DNA of 64,000 nt. It comes from an uncultured bacterium. Its GTDB lineage: Bacteria; Babelota; Babeliae; Babelales; Babelaceae. This document shows, piece by piece, positions 9,754 to 20,085 of the stretch (the stretch's first letter is position 1; every line of letters starts with the position of its first letter). Where the stretch lies: NCBI GenBank assembly GCA_963824495.1, contig CAWGPQ010000017.1:1-64000 (forward strand), written 5' to 3'. Both the position numbers and the translations under genes were made by a program. The notes under the pieces are model-generated. The model had not been told where the DNA came from. It ran no database searches and was given only the letters and a program-made list of their open reading frames with translations.

Positions 9754-10638
9754 CTATGTCAACCATTGAAAACACCGATCCCATCGAACACGCTTCCAAA
9801 AATCTATAGGATGCCTAAGGAGATCAACAATCCACCATGACTGACTGCTATCAAGCGACCATATTCTAAATACTATTCTGCCATGAATTTGGTTACCATT
9901 AAGCTTACCCCATGCCCGGGAATCTAAACTCCCTTCACGGTTATCACCCATGGCCCAATATTCGTTAGTCCCCAATATAACATCAAATTCGTCATCCTGA
10001 TCCGGTGTTCCTGGATATTTTAATGCTGGCCTACCGCCCAAAAGTAAAATATCATTTGGGTTAATGCGATAAAATGGCTGTTGGTCATAGGGCTTTGATG
10101 GATCATACGATTTCGAAACGATATAGTTACCTGCTAAGCGTTTAGTTGATAAATAGATATCCTGAGCAGTTGGCCTACCCTTAGTCCACACGCTTATTAA
10201 CGGGTATTTGTTTAAATAGGGCTCATCAAGTTTTTCACCATTACGGTAAACTACTGGATGGCCTTGTTCTATAGTACCTATAATATGATCGCCAGGTATG
10301 CCAATTACGCGCTTAGTCCAATTTGAAGGACCCCAAACATAATCCTGCCACCATCTTAGTACTGGATTTTTTGAGTATGGGTAAACCGATTCAGGCTCAT
10401 TAAACGCAATAATTTCACCACGCTGAATAGGCTTAAACCATACGCTTAATTTATCGGAGAAGAAACGTTCTCCGACAAGCATAGTTGTTTCCATAGATCC
10501 TGTTGGAACTTGATAAAGCCCATAAAAAAATGTTCGGATAACAAATGCTATCGGTACAATAATAATAAAAGCTTCTACGTACTGTGCTAGTACCGATTTA
10601 TTGGGACGCTTATACCAGGCTATTAACTTTTTAAACAT
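9754..10638 (-). CDS. lepB: Signal peptidase I
   Basis: VPTGSMETT (Ser), TKRVIGIPGD (Lys), MGDNR..S.DSR.WG. Confidence 0.95.
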   Translation of the reverse strand: MFKKLIAWYKRPNKSVLAQYVEAFIIIVPIAFVIRTFFYGLYQVPTGSMETTMLVGERFFSDKLSVWFKPIQRGEIIAFNEPESVYPYSKNPVLRWWQDYVWGPSNWTKRVIGIPGDHIIGTIEQGHPVVYRNGEKLDEPYLNKYPLISVWTKGRPTAQDIYLSTKRLAGNYIVSKSYDPSKPYDQQPFYRINPNDILLLGGRPALKYPGTPDQDDEFDVILGTNEYWAMGDNREGSLDSRAWGKLNGNQIHGRIVFRIWSLDSSQSWWIVDLLRHPIDFWKRVRWDRCFQWLT

Positions 10639-10791
10639 GTACTTTTGCCACTACCTTTCGCTTAATTTTCTTCTATCAGACTCTGGCAACCAGAGATATC
10701 ATTAAGCTTATCATACAAAGCACGAGATTTTAAGAGCAATAGCTTGAGCACATCCCTAACCCTTATAAGTGCTTCTGCCTGCACAAGTTTA

Positions 10792-10951
10792 AGTACTCTT
10801 CACGTTGAAGCTGAGGGGAGCCTTGATCAAGACCGCGTAATGCAAGCTTACTTCGCTAGAAGTCCCTAAAGGGCAACATCACTGATGATGGCGACTCCAG
10901 AGCCCCCTTGCTTTTAAGCCGGCGTCGTCCAGTTCCCCATTGCAGAGTACT
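10792..10951. ncRNA. Candidate structured ncRNA or MITE-like element (family unassigned)
   Basis: GC-rich 160-nt island between divergent promoters; complementary ends AGTACTCT/AGAGTACT; internal hairpins; partial paralog at 30870-30907. Confidence 0.45.
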
Positions 10952-11060
10952 AAATTAATTTTGGTTACCCTCTAAGATAGGCTCATAAACAGCCTTTGGG
11001 GAATATTTTTTGCTATCGCTCCAAAAGTAGAATAAATCAAATTTATTTTTATAAAAATTA

Positions 11061-11090
11061 TTGCAATAAATAAATAAATATTGATATGCT
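11061..11090 (+). promoter_or_regulatory. Sigma70-like promoter
   Basis: TTGCAA-18 nt-TATGCT upstream of the AGGAG SD and ATG 11142. Confidence 0.5.
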
Positions 11091-11141
11091 ACTACTAGGG
11101 GGGTTTCAAAATCTGATTCTATTTAAAAAAAGGAGAATATT

Positions 11142-11375
11142 ATGAAGCGTTACCTTACATTATTTGCTATAGGCGTCGGTCTTCTTGCCTCGGTCCCAGG
11201 TTATGGTGCTGAGACGACTAAAATGGGATATGGCCGAATTGCCTATTGCGTGGACGAACAGGGCAACCGTATCGATCGATCTAAAATAGGTGATTACCTT
11301 CGACACCGTATACATCATTTTATGACCCCTTCAGGTGGTGCATATGGGCCCATGGAGCCTCAAGAGGGTATGTAA
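11142..11375 (+). CDS. Small secreted hypothetical protein
   Basis: AGGAG SD; signal peptide MKRYLTLFAIGVGLLASVPGYGA. Confidence 0.75.
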   Translation: MKRYLTLFAIGVGLLASVPGYGAETTKMGYGRIAYCVDEQGNRIDRSKIGDYLRHRIHHFMTPSGGAYGPMEPQEGM

Positions 11376-11407
11376 AGATATTAATTACTGAAATTACTAA
11401 GTATTTG

Positions 11408-11434
11408 GGAAAGCTCGTACTTTACGGGCTTTCC
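11408..11434 (+). terminator. Terminator-like hairpin
   Basis: GGAAAGCTCGTA-ctt-TACGGGCTTTCC. Confidence 0.6.
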
Positions 11435-11457
11435 TGAAAATTTAAGAAAGATTATAC

Positions 11458-12945
11458 GTGTATAGGCTTAAAAAGCTTATCTTCTTAAGCATTTTTATTA
11501 TCGCTTGTTTAGCACTTTACTATACAATACCTCACGCTTATGACAGCACAGCTAAACGTCCGCAAAAGAGCCTAGTAGTAGTAATAACGTCATACAATAA
11601 TAAAACCATGTACCAGCGCAATTTAAATTCTGTATTTTCCCAAGATTATAGCAATTATCGCGTTATTTATATTGACGATGCATCACCTGATGGTACGGGA
11701 GACTTGGTAGAACGTTATGTTAAAGAAAAGAAACAGGAACATCGCGTAACCCTGATCAAGAATAAGACCTGGCAAAGCCAAATGGCTAACCATTATAAAG
11801 CAGCCCATATGTGCGAAGACCATGAAATTATTGTACATCTTGACGGTGACGATTGGCTTGCTCATAGCAACGTTTTTAACCTACTCAATGATATCTATTC
11901 AACGACCGATACCTGGCTTACGCATGGTGGTGCAGCTCTATGGCCCTCACAAAAAATATTCTTTACTGACGATATGAAAAAGTTAACCCAAGAGCGCATT
12001 AAAAATAATAAGATACGTGAATATCCCTTTTTATATGCACACCTACGCAGCTTCTATGCCTGGTTGTTTAAGTGCATTAAGCTTGAAGATCTTATGACAA
12101 ATAGCAGCTTTGTACCCCTATCACCCAGTCCAGATTGTGCTTTTTTTCTTCCTATGGTCGAAATGGCAAGAAATCATATCTACTGTATACCTGAGACTGC
12201 CTATCAATGGAACCAAAGAAATCCTCTTAGTCAGTATGCACTTAATGCACAAGCCCAAAAAGAATTTGCCTACAAGGTATTTTCCTGGCCTTCCTACCAA
12301 TCCTTAAAAGAAGCTCAATCTACCATAAGCACACGCTATATAAAAAATAAAGCTGACGTCATCATACTCTCTCAAAAAAAGCAGCAGCATATAGCTGATA
12401 TAATTACGTCGTTGCGTAACCAATCGCGCGGTATTAATAAAATATATGTTATATGTAGCCCTGATAGCCAGCAGGATGAGGAAGCTTATCACACTCTTGC
12501 CGATCAATTTTCAAATGTAGATTTTATCAAGCGGGAGCGACACCAGGCGTGCACCACATTACTTGAAACGTTACTTATTGAAAATCCTGAAACAGAGCAC
12601 GTAATACTTACTCCTGATAAGATCTCTCTTGTCCAACCATTGGATATTTCACAGTGCATTCAAGAACTCGAGCGAACCCATGCACACAGTTTCTATATAA
12701 GTAAAGATAGGCAGAAAAATTCATCCCATGCACCTATTACCAGCACACTATGGGCATGGCATTTACATAATAATATGCCTGATCACACGAGCATGGTACT
12801 CTACCGTAAAAAGGATGTTAAGAAGTATCTTGAGTCTCTTAAAGCTATAACAGTACAGGAGTTTTTGAATGCCTGGAAACAACTCCCGGTTGATAAACGA
12901 GCCATAGGGCTGCTTTTTAAAAAATCGCCCGCTGCAGAACTCTAG
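11458..12945 (+). CDS. Glycosyltransferase family 2 with N-terminal anchor and a second, degenerate GT-like domain
   Basis: VVITSYNN, IYIDDASPDGT, HLDGDDWL. Confidence 0.88.
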   Translation: MYRLKKLIFLSIFIIACLALYYTIPHAYDSTAKRPQKSLVVVITSYNNKTMYQRNLNSVFSQDYSNYRVIYIDDASPDGTGDLVERYVKEKKQEHRVTLIKNKTWQSQMANHYKAAHMCEDHEIIVHLDGDDWLAHSNVFNLLNDIYSTTDTWLTHGGAALWPSQKIFFTDDMKKLTQERIKNNKIREYPFLYAHLRSFYAWLFKCIKLEDLMTNSSFVPLSPSPDCAFFLPMVEMARNHIYCIPETAYQWNQRNPLSQYALNAQAQKEFAYKVFSWPSYQSLKEAQSTISTRYIKNKADVIILSQKKQQHIADIITSLRNQSRGINKIYVICSPDSQQDEEAYHTLADQFSNVDFIKRERHQACTTLLETLLIENPETEHVILTPDKISLVQPLDISQCIQELERTHAHSFYISKDRQKNSSHAPITSTLWAWHLHNNMPDHTSMVLYRKKDVKKYLESLKAITVQEFLNAWKQLPVDKRAIGLLFKKSPAAEL

Positions 12946-12981
12946 TATTCCAACTTCTAACGTATTTCTGATTTATAATTA

Positions 12982-13868
12982 TTATGCCAAAAAATAAGAA
13001 GGGTTAACTCTTTTTCCAGCAGAATATACTTCAAAATGCAAATGTGAAGCATCATGTCCCCGTTTGCGTACATGCCCTGTATCACCAACCTTGCCAATGA
13101 TGTCCCCTTTTTTAACCGCATCACCTACATTAACGTCAATTTTAGCCAAATGAGCGTACAATGTCTTAATTTTTGATGCATGCATAATAACTACTCTATT
13201 ACCGTAAGCGTGAGCATAACCAGCTTCAACAACAACCCCATCTGCGGCAGCTTTGATCAGCGTGCCCCATACAGCAGCCATATCGATACCAGTATGAAAA
13301 CCCCATGAACCATCAGGTTTCTTTCGAGGGCCAAATGGCGAACTAAGCCAGAATTGAGAGCGATCAATAGGCCAGCTTAAAACACCATGTCTTACATCCC
13401 CTTGTGATGTAGGTTCTACAGGATCTTTAAGCCGCTTAGTATATCGAGTTGGTCGAGCCAATCTTATGCGTTTTTGTTTTTTTGACTGTCGTACTTGTTT
13501 GGTAATATTTTCAGGAACATCATGATCTTCTCTATCGTAGAGCCGCCGTACTTCATGTTCAAGATTGTGTAATCGCGCAAATTCAAGGGCTTTTTGTTGT
13601 AAGTAATGGCGCTCACGGTTTACGAAACCTCTACAGATACGTTGAACTTTTTTTTTTCGTCTACCTGTTCTTTGAAATGCTCACATTCAAGGATAGTATG
13701 CTTAAGTTTTGCTATATACGCTACATATTCTTCTTTAAGCTCAACAAGTTCTTGAGACTGCTGATGAAAAAATCGATACTCAAAGAATAATAACCCCATG
13801 ATCACTATAAGTACACTAAAAAATAGAGCACTCAAAGCTTGTTGGGTTATAAGCTGATCATATTTCAC
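12982..13868 (-). CDS. M23-family metallopeptidase with N-terminal TM and coiled coil; interrupted by a -1 frameshift at A10 (13648-13657)
   Basis: HTGID, YAHL and HLHFEV in 12982-13461, whose frame stays open up to 13680; TM and coiled coil in ORF 13620-13868. Confidence 0.85.
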
Positions 13869-13903
13869 AATAAGCGTCCATCTACATATCCATGATGAGA
13901 AGG

Positions 13904-14485
13904 TTAGAGGGCAATATCATTGGCATGAATCCATCCACGTACACCACGTCGGTCAACTTTATACCATGATTCTTTTTGACCAATAATAGCAAGCTCATCA
14001 AGAGCATGTAATACTGCCCGTGTCGCATATTCTTTGCCTGGACCTAGCTTAAGGTCAACTGCTGGAAGTTTTGTGATGCCCCACTGCTGTGAATGAATAT
14101 AATAATCATTCATAACACAAGCACTTGCAAGCGCAAGCGTAAGGGTTAAGCTTATAAGCATACCATAACGTCTTCGCATACGCATCATAGTACCAAAAAA
14201 TAGCAAGGACCACCAGAGCCCTAAAAAAACCAGTTGTGCTATAACTGCAGGAACGAGCATAAGCAAAGAAGGCTTTACCGTATCTCGAACTTCTGCGTGA
14301 TCTTTGAGTTTACTGATAGCATTTTCAATAACTACGTAATCACGTGGCGAAACCTGTCTTTGTAGCTTACGTAACGCTACAATATATTCAGGATACTCGG
14401 GGGAATTGTTTATAGTCGGTACGCTTGCCGCCCCGTTTGCATTAAAGGCTACAAGATACACAAGATATAGCCATAGGTTCTTCAT
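13904..14485 (-). CDS. BatE-like membrane protein with C-terminal SH3b domain
   Basis: LKLGPG..Y.....LH......I......WYKV....VRGWI; last gene of the Bat cluster. Confidence 0.7.
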   Translation of the reverse strand: MKNLWLYLVYLVAFNANGAASVPTINNSPEYPEYIVALRKLQRQVSPRDYVVIENAISKLKDHAEVRDTVKPSLLMLVPAVIAQLVFLGLWWSLLFFGTMMRMRRRYGMLISLTLTLALASACVMNDYYIHSQQWGITKLPAVDLKLGPGKEYATRAVLHALDELAIIGQKESWYKVDRRGVRGWIHANDIAL

Positions 14486-16320
14486 AATTTTCTCACAACC
14501 TGTCTTTCTTGATACATTACCCGCATTAACTGCTCAAAGTGATTAATCCATATACGTGCTTCGCGTATAAGACTATCAAGACTTTCTACTGGAGATTGAG
14601 CAAAAATATGTGATAAAAGCTTATACCAAAATGCTTCCCATTCGCGACAGAATTCCACTGAGCATTGCTGTTCCCGTAAATACTGAGTAATACCATCAGA
14701 GAACTCAAGAAGCTCATGAGTATTTTTACGAGTATTATCACGAGTACTATCAAGCGTGAGGGTAGATACGTGCTTAAATGCTGCATAGATATGCTGGGCA
14801 TTTCTCTCACGCTCTGCTTGCTTAAGCAAGGAGCGAGCCATCCTCAACCCACGTCTTCGTCGCCACGGATAACCATGCTTTCTCTGATATTGACTCCACA
14901 TCGCAACGCTGCTTTGAGCAAACATCATAAGTAATGGAACAATAACAAGAATAATAAAAAATTTAAAGGACATACGTAATGACCATAAGGGCGATGGATG
15001 AATATGTTCTAAAATAGCTGCAGGTGAACTTTTATCGAACTGCTTTTGCGTTTCTTCTTGATCAGCTTCACCAGGTTGAGCATGCCATTTAGACTCAGAG
15101 TTCAATCGAGAACCTAACGCTGAAGCGTTAACAGTGATAGTTAATGGTGTCGTCATAAGTGTCTTATAAGAACGCGTAGCTACATCAAAATAGGTAAATT
15201 CCTGTGCCGGCAATTCCCACGTGCCTGCTTGCAGAGCTTGAACGATATATTCATAGCGCTTAACCTGTTGAGGGTCAGTGCCCTCAAGTGTGGCTTTCGA
15301 ATCATAATACGTATATGCGTTGGGTAGCTTTAAGCGTGGAGCAGCCATATACTCAAAATTACCAGATCCAGAAATAGCAAGTGTTACAACAAATGCCTCA
15401 CCTTGGGAAACTGTTGTTTGATTAACCGAGAGAGTAACCTCTTTAAAGTCTCCTACAGCACTAATAGGCTCAGCATATGCAGGTAATGGTTCAATGGTAA
15501 TAGGTATAGAATTAGAATACGCTTGTTGCTCTTGTGTTGTAGCACCGAGAAAATTTGTCAATTGTCCAAAAAAACCAGCGGGCATTATTGGCCCTATATG
15601 ACGATTATAATGAGCAGTAAGAGGTGGTATCGTAAAAGTACCCGGTTCTTTAAAATAAAGCTCTATCTGCCACTCATGTATCTTATAGGTCATGTCAGCC
15701 TTTTTTTCTGAAAAAGTTTTATGATTGCCGTTAGATATAACAAGCGCTTGTGGTACATTAAGCGCAGTAACGTGCTGTAGCTCTACTGCACTATCAGCAG
15801 AGGCAAAACGGGCAGAACAGCGTATTTTTTGACCAACTACAGCAGTTTGATCATCTATGGCTATTTCTGCATATACTAAGGGCAGCTTTGCTTGATGTAC
15901 CTGCTGTTCATAGGGAGAAACCATAAGATTCAGTATGTTTGATTGAAGTACACCCTGTGGTGTTTCAAGTCGAGCCGGGCCAAGCGTAAGATTGCCTTCG
16001 TGAGGGCAACTAACAACATAAAGATATACTTTTCTCTCATGTACGCTTCTATTGCCTATGCTCATGGCAATCTCTTTGCTGGTACTTACTATCGTTAATT
16101 TCTCTAGTCCATCAATGGTAGGCTGATTGGTTATGTTAGGAGCATCTTCAACGGTCACTTCAAGCATAAACGGTAACCCTACATAACTCTGCTCAAGTGC
16201 TGTTCGTTGAGTTGTAAGGGCACGAAGAGTAATACGTGGACTTGCCTCTATAAGAAAGGGCACCAACACACATACTAATAAAAGCTTTATGAGAACACTC
16301 TTACCAATTTTTATGTCCAT
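14482..16320 (-). CDS. batD: BatD family protein
   Basis: Signal peptide, beta-rich repeats, I.PLP...SAVGDF, ISGSGN, FTYFD....YKTL, TM; Bat context. Confidence 0.8.
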   Translation of the reverse strand: MDIKIGKSVLIKLLLVCVLVPFLIEASPRITLRALTTQRTALEQSYVGLPFMLEVTVEDAPNITNQPTIDGLEKLTIVSTSKEIAMSIGNRSVHERKVYLYVVSCPHEGNLTLGPARLETPQGVLQSNILNLMVSPYEQQVHQAKLPLVYAEIAIDDQTAVVGQKIRCSARFASADSAVELQHVTALNVPQALVISNGNHKTFSEKKADMTYKIHEWQIELYFKEPGTFTIPPLTAHYNRHIGPIMPAGFFGQLTNFLGATTQEQQAYSNSIPITIEPLPAYAEPISAVGDFKEVTLSVNQTTVSQGEAFVVTLAISGSGNFEYMAAPRLKLPNAYTYYDSKATLEGTDPQQVKRYEYIVQALQAGTWELPAQEFTYFDVATRSYKTLMTTPLTITVNASALGSRLNSESKWHAQPGEADQEETQKQFDKSSPAAILEHIHPSPLWSLRMSFKFFIILVIVPLLMMFAQSSVAMWSQYQRKHGYPWRRRRGLRMARSLLKQAERERNAQHIYAAFKHVSTLTLDSTRDNTRKNTHELLEFSDGITQYLREQQCSVEFCREWEAFWYKLLSHIFAQSPVESLDSLIREARIWINHFEQLMRVMYQERQVVRKL

Positions 16321-17281
16321 GCTGTCCCCTCATCTGTCGAGCAATCTGTTGTTTAACCAGGTCCTTGTGAACGCTTGCTTCTTCCCGTTCAAGAAAAGCC
16401 ATAAGTTTCTTTTCATCTGATGTTAGGTCGGCTGAAGGTGCTTGAAGCGCTTTAAGACGCTCGGCTATAGTAGCCATTTCTTGCTCAGTATTTTTTTTGA
16501 TGCTATTCTCATACGAAGATATATCATGTTTTTGTGGTGTTTTTTTGTCTAACGATTGGTCATCATGATACTCACGGTGTTGTTCTTGTTTCCCCTGCTG
16601 GGAGTTATCGGCTGTATTTTTAGCATTGCTCTCATTATCGGTTTCCTGAGCCTGTTCTTTGCTCTTATTGGTTCCTGTATTGGCATTGGTTTGCGATTGC
16701 TCGGAGGTATCGTTGCTGCTGTCGTTCTGGGAATCATTGCCCTCATGCTTATCCCCCTGCTGATTCCCTTGATCTTTTTGGCCTTCCTGATTGGCATTGG
16801 GCTCATGTTCTTTACTAGTTTGCGGATCTTTTGATGCATCGTGCTCATGCTTTTTTTGCTGTTCTTGTTTTTCCTCATCCAAAAGCTTTTTGACAAGCTC
16901 CCGATTACGCAATGCTTTTTCATGTTCAGGATGTATGCTCAGTACTTTTTCGTAGTATTCAAGAGCTTTTGTATAATCTTTCAACTGAGCACATGATGTA
17001 CCAAGATTAAAATAAGCCTGCTCCTGTTGTACAAGCGATAGATCGGAAATTTCAACTGCTTTTTCAAATGCTTTACGTGCTGAAGCCATATCCCGCTGCT
17101 TAAATGCCGCTACGCCAAAATTATATAAAGCACTTGCATCACGTGGATTATCAGCAACCACTTGAGCCCAATGATCCTGCGCTCCAGTGTAACCGTTAAC
17201 ACTCATGTTTATATGCGTGTTAGTGGCGTTCATATATGACATGCCCAGTAACAGCATCATTAACAGCATCATGTACTTCAT
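16301..17281 (-). CDS. BatC-like TPR protein with Q/N/D-rich linker
   Basis: TPRs (ALYNFG, AYFNLG...ALEYYEKVL), low-complexity linker, C-terminal KNW. Confidence 0.8.
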   Translation of the reverse strand: MKYMMLLMMLLLGMSYMNATNTHINMSVNGYTGAQDHWAQVVADNPRDASALYNFGVAAFKQRDMASARKAFEKAVEISDLSLVQQEQAYFNLGTSCAQLKDYTKALEYYEKVLSIHPEHEKALRNRELVKKLLDEEKQEQQKKHEHDASKDPQTSKEHEPNANQEGQKDQGNQQGDKHEGNDSQNDSSNDTSEQSQTNANTGTNKSKEQAQETDNESNAKNTADNSQQGKQEQHREYHDDQSLDKKTPQKHDISSYENSIKKNTEQEMATIAERLKALQAPSADLTSDEKKLMAFLEREEASVHKDLVKQQIARQMRGQHGHKNW

Positions 17282-17291
17282 GGGTATCCCT

Positions 17292-18311
17292 TTAAAGTAA
17301 CCATTCTAACAGTAACAAGAGCAAACCAAGTCCTGTAAAATAATAATAGCGCTCTTCATATGCTTGTATGTGCTTATCATCAAAATGCTCTTTTTCAAAC
17401 TGCTCCACCCATTGTTTAAGTTGAGTAATATCGTGAGTATCGGACGTAGCCTGCAGATATTTGCCCCCTGAATCACGTGCTAATACCTGAAGGATACCCT
17501 CATTAAGGCGACTAATAACGACATTGTCCTTATCATCTTTTTGATAGCCGCTTAACGTACCATTATTGTCATAAAGAGGTATGGGAGCTCCCACGGTAGT
17601 CCCTAAGCCCACGGTAACTATTTGAAGTCCAAGCTGAAGTGCTTCCTGCTTAATACCTGCCAAATCACTTGAAAAATCCTCACCATCGGTAAATAGTATA
17701 AGTAATTTGTGCTTTTTACTTGGAGCACGCTTAATAATCTCAAGCGCTTGTTTAAGTGCTTGATCAAGTGCTGTAGTCCCCGATGCAACGGTTTCAGTAT
17801 CAAGCTCCTTAAGCATCATAAAAAAGGCGTTATAATCTGTTGTAAGCGGACAATAGGTTAATGCTGCCCCCGAAAAAATAATAAGTCCCACTCGATCACA
17901 AGCAAGTGTTCCAACCAACTGAGTAATCTTCTCTTTGGCATAGGCCAAGCGATTGGGAGAACAATCTTGGGCAAGCATACTTCGTGATATATCAAGCGCT
18001 ATAAGCACATCACGACCCTGCTGCTCAAGTGTTTCTTCTTTTATTCCCCATTGTGGTCGTAGTAACGCTACTCCAAGCAATATAAGTACGTTCACTATAA
18101 GCCCTGCTTTAATAAGCTTTATATGCGGGGAATAGTACATAATAAATCGCTGGTAATACTGTGGGGCTGCTAAAAGTGCTATACGCTTTCTGCACCCATA
18201 CCAATGTCCACATACAAGAGCACTTGCTAGAGCAATAAAGGGGATTAAAATAATATTATGTGCTGCTCCCCAAACAATACCCATACCATGCCAGATCATA
18301 CTATAACCCAT
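17292..18311 (-). CDS. batB: BatB-like VWA domain protein
   Basis: RPQWG, MIDAS DISRSM, PLTTDY, TDGED. Confidence 0.85.
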   Translation of the reverse strand: MGYSMIWHGMGIVWGAAHNIILIPFIALASALVCGHWYGCRKRIALLAAPQYYQRFIMYYSPHIKLIKAGLIVNVLILLGVALLRPQWGIKEETLEQQGRDVLIALDISRSMLAQDCSPNRLAYAKEKITQLVGTLACDRVGLIIFSGAALTYCPLTTDYNAFFMMLKELDTETVASGTTALDQALKQALEIIKRAPSKKHKLLILFTDGEDFSSDLAGIKQEALQLGLQIVTVGLGTTVGAPIPLYDNNGTLSGYQKDDKDNVVISRLNEGILQVLARDSGGKYLQATSDTHDITQLKQWVEQFEKEHFDDKHIQAYEERYYYFTGLGLLLLLLEWLL

Positions 18312-19303
18312 CGATATACAAGAAGTATAATCTCACTGAGTAAAGCGATAAGTACGAGTGCCAAAAGTGGCAGACTCGTATCGCGATACTGGGAAAATAA
18401 CGGACTTTCATACCTAGTTTTTTCAAGCCTATCTATAGCGTCATAGATGGCGTTCATATCACGAGCATTACGTGCATGAAAAAACTGTCCGCCTGTCTCA
18501 TGAGCGATGGCTTGAAGAAATTTCTTATTTAACGGTGATGGTCGGGCAATCCCACCAGATGCAGTTCTATTATAGCCCATTCGTTCTGAGCCTATACCTA
18601 TGGTGTATACTTTAATACCCAGCTTCTTAATAAGGTCGATGGCGTAATGACAGGGTATATCATGATCAGAGGGTGCTCCATCGGTAAGAGCAATAATCAC
18701 TTTGCTCTTTGCTCGTGATGAGCTTAAATGACGTGCCGCCGTAGCAAGCCCCTGGCATAAGACCGTTCCATCTGGATCAATAAGATCAAGACTAGTCGTT
18801 TTAATAATCTCTGATAAAAGCTGTTTATCAAGCGTAAATGGACACCGCAAGACAGCGACCTGCCCAAAAATAACAAGCCCTATTTGATCATGAGGCCGCT
18901 TACCTACAAAGAGCATAGCTTCATCTTTGGCAATAGCAAGACGATTACGCGGATCGGTTATATCACCATCGATACTATCCATGCTTCCTGAAACATCGAG
19001 AACAAGCATAATATCAATACCATCTACTGATGTTTTTGATTGCTCATCAGCTTGCTGCAAGCGTGCTGTTGCAAGCAAAAGTGAGACAAGTGCTAACAAG
19101 CGAAGACCAAATAATACCCCTTTAAGTACACGCGAACGGGACTTTTGCCTATAAGCTTTTTTAAAAAGACGAGCAAATGGGTAGTAATAGGTTGGCTGTT
19201 TATAGTACAGCCACCGCCACCAAGCAATAAGCATAATACTTGGTATACCCACCATTACAAGCAATGGATAGACACATCGTAGCATCATTAAACTTTTAAC
19301 CAT
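18296..19303 (-). CDS. batA: BatA-like VWA domain protein
   Basis: GIDIMLVLDVSGSM, LTDG, KVYTIGIG, ETGGQFF, IDRLEK. Confidence 0.85.
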   Translation of the reverse strand: MVKSLMMLRCVYPLLVMVGIPSIMLIAWWRWLYYKQPTYYYPFARLFKKAYRQKSRSRVLKGVLFGLRLLALVSLLLATARLQQADEQSKTSVDGIDIMLVLDVSGSMDSIDGDITDPRNRLAIAKDEAMLFVGKRPHDQIGLVIFGQVAVLRCPFTLDKQLLSEIIKTTSLDLIDPDGTVLCQGLATAARHLSSSRAKSKVIIALTDGAPSDHDIPCHYAIDLIKKLGIKVYTIGIGSERMGYNRTASGGIARPSPLNKKFLQAIAHETGGQFFHARNARDMNAIYDAIDRLEKTRYESPLFSQYRDTSLPLLALVLIALLSEIILLVYRWVIV

Positions 19304-19323
19304 AAACTTTTAACCATAAAATT

Positions 19324-20085
19324 CTAACCATGTTGAGCCTGCTGTTCTACAAACCAGTCCCTTACACGCTCACCAAATAACATATCGGTTTCGCCGGGCA
19401 TATAGGCTATTGGCGTGCCTACAGTAACCATAATGGGATACCAGTTAATTAAAAAACTACCTGGCGGGTATACTTTGCCAACATTATAGATAAAAATAGG
19501 TATAACAGGGCGTCGTGTTTTTTTAGCAATAACAGCAAATCCATAAAAAAATTCATGAATTTTTCCATCAGTATAGCGTCCTCCCTCGGGAAATATAATA
19601 CTATGGCGTTTTTTATGTTCTGTCATATGCATACCACGAATGATAGCACGAGCAGCACTTGCTGGACTTTTACGATCTACAACAATACCCATTCGGCGCA
19701 CGAAAAAGCCTAGTATGGGCACGTGAGCATAATATTCCATAACGTACCAAATATGAGGGTAGCCATTCATCAGCATACCAACAAGAGGTATATCCATTGC
19801 CGATTGGTGATTGGCAACAAATACTACCGGCTCATGGGGTAAATGTTCTACTCCTTTTACATGAACAGGAACAAGAGTTGCCCGAATGATACCTTTAAAA
19901 GTCCAGTCAAGTAACTTAAAAAGCACACGATTATCATAGCGATAGCGATCAGGTAGTACAGCAACAAGTATCAAGCATGGCAGAAAGCAGAATATGCCTG
20001 TAATTGCTCCAAGAGCATACGAAAAAAGCGTTCGTATAAATGCCAATTTTTTATGAAATATCGTAGTAAAGTTGAAACTGTTCAT
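19324..20085 (-). CDS. plsC: 1-acyl-sn-glycerol-3-phosphate acyltransferase
   Basis: NHQSAMD and FPEGGR motifs. Confidence 0.9.
   Translation of the reverse strand: MNSFNFTTIFHKKLAFIRTLFSYALGAITGIFCFLPCLILVAVLPDRYRYDNRVLFKLLDWTFKGIIRATLVPVHVKGVEHLPHEPVVFVANHQSAMDIPLVGMLMNGYPHIWYVMEYYAHVPILGFFVRRMGIVVDRKSPASAARAIIRGMHMTEHKKRHSIIFPEGGRYTDGKIHEFFYGFAVIAKKTRRPVIPIFIYNVGKVYPPGSFLINWYPIMVTVGTPIAYMPGETDMLFGERVRDWFVEQQAQHG

Noticed and set aside
10882..10910. CTGATGA hammerhead-like core and a GGGGGCTCTG SRP-like start (minus strand) within the 160-nt element
   Set aside because: The hammerhead needs GAAA after stem II but has GAGC; the SRP helix-8 CAGG..GGAA..AGCA motif is absent
16549..16923. Overlapping ORFs (124 aa minus, 92 aa hydrophobic plus)
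   Set aside because: Alternate-frame products of the low-complexity BatC linker
19288..19320. Short tandem repeat TAAACTTTTAACCA x2
   Set aside because: Two-copy local duplication at the batA start; no spacers, not CRISPR
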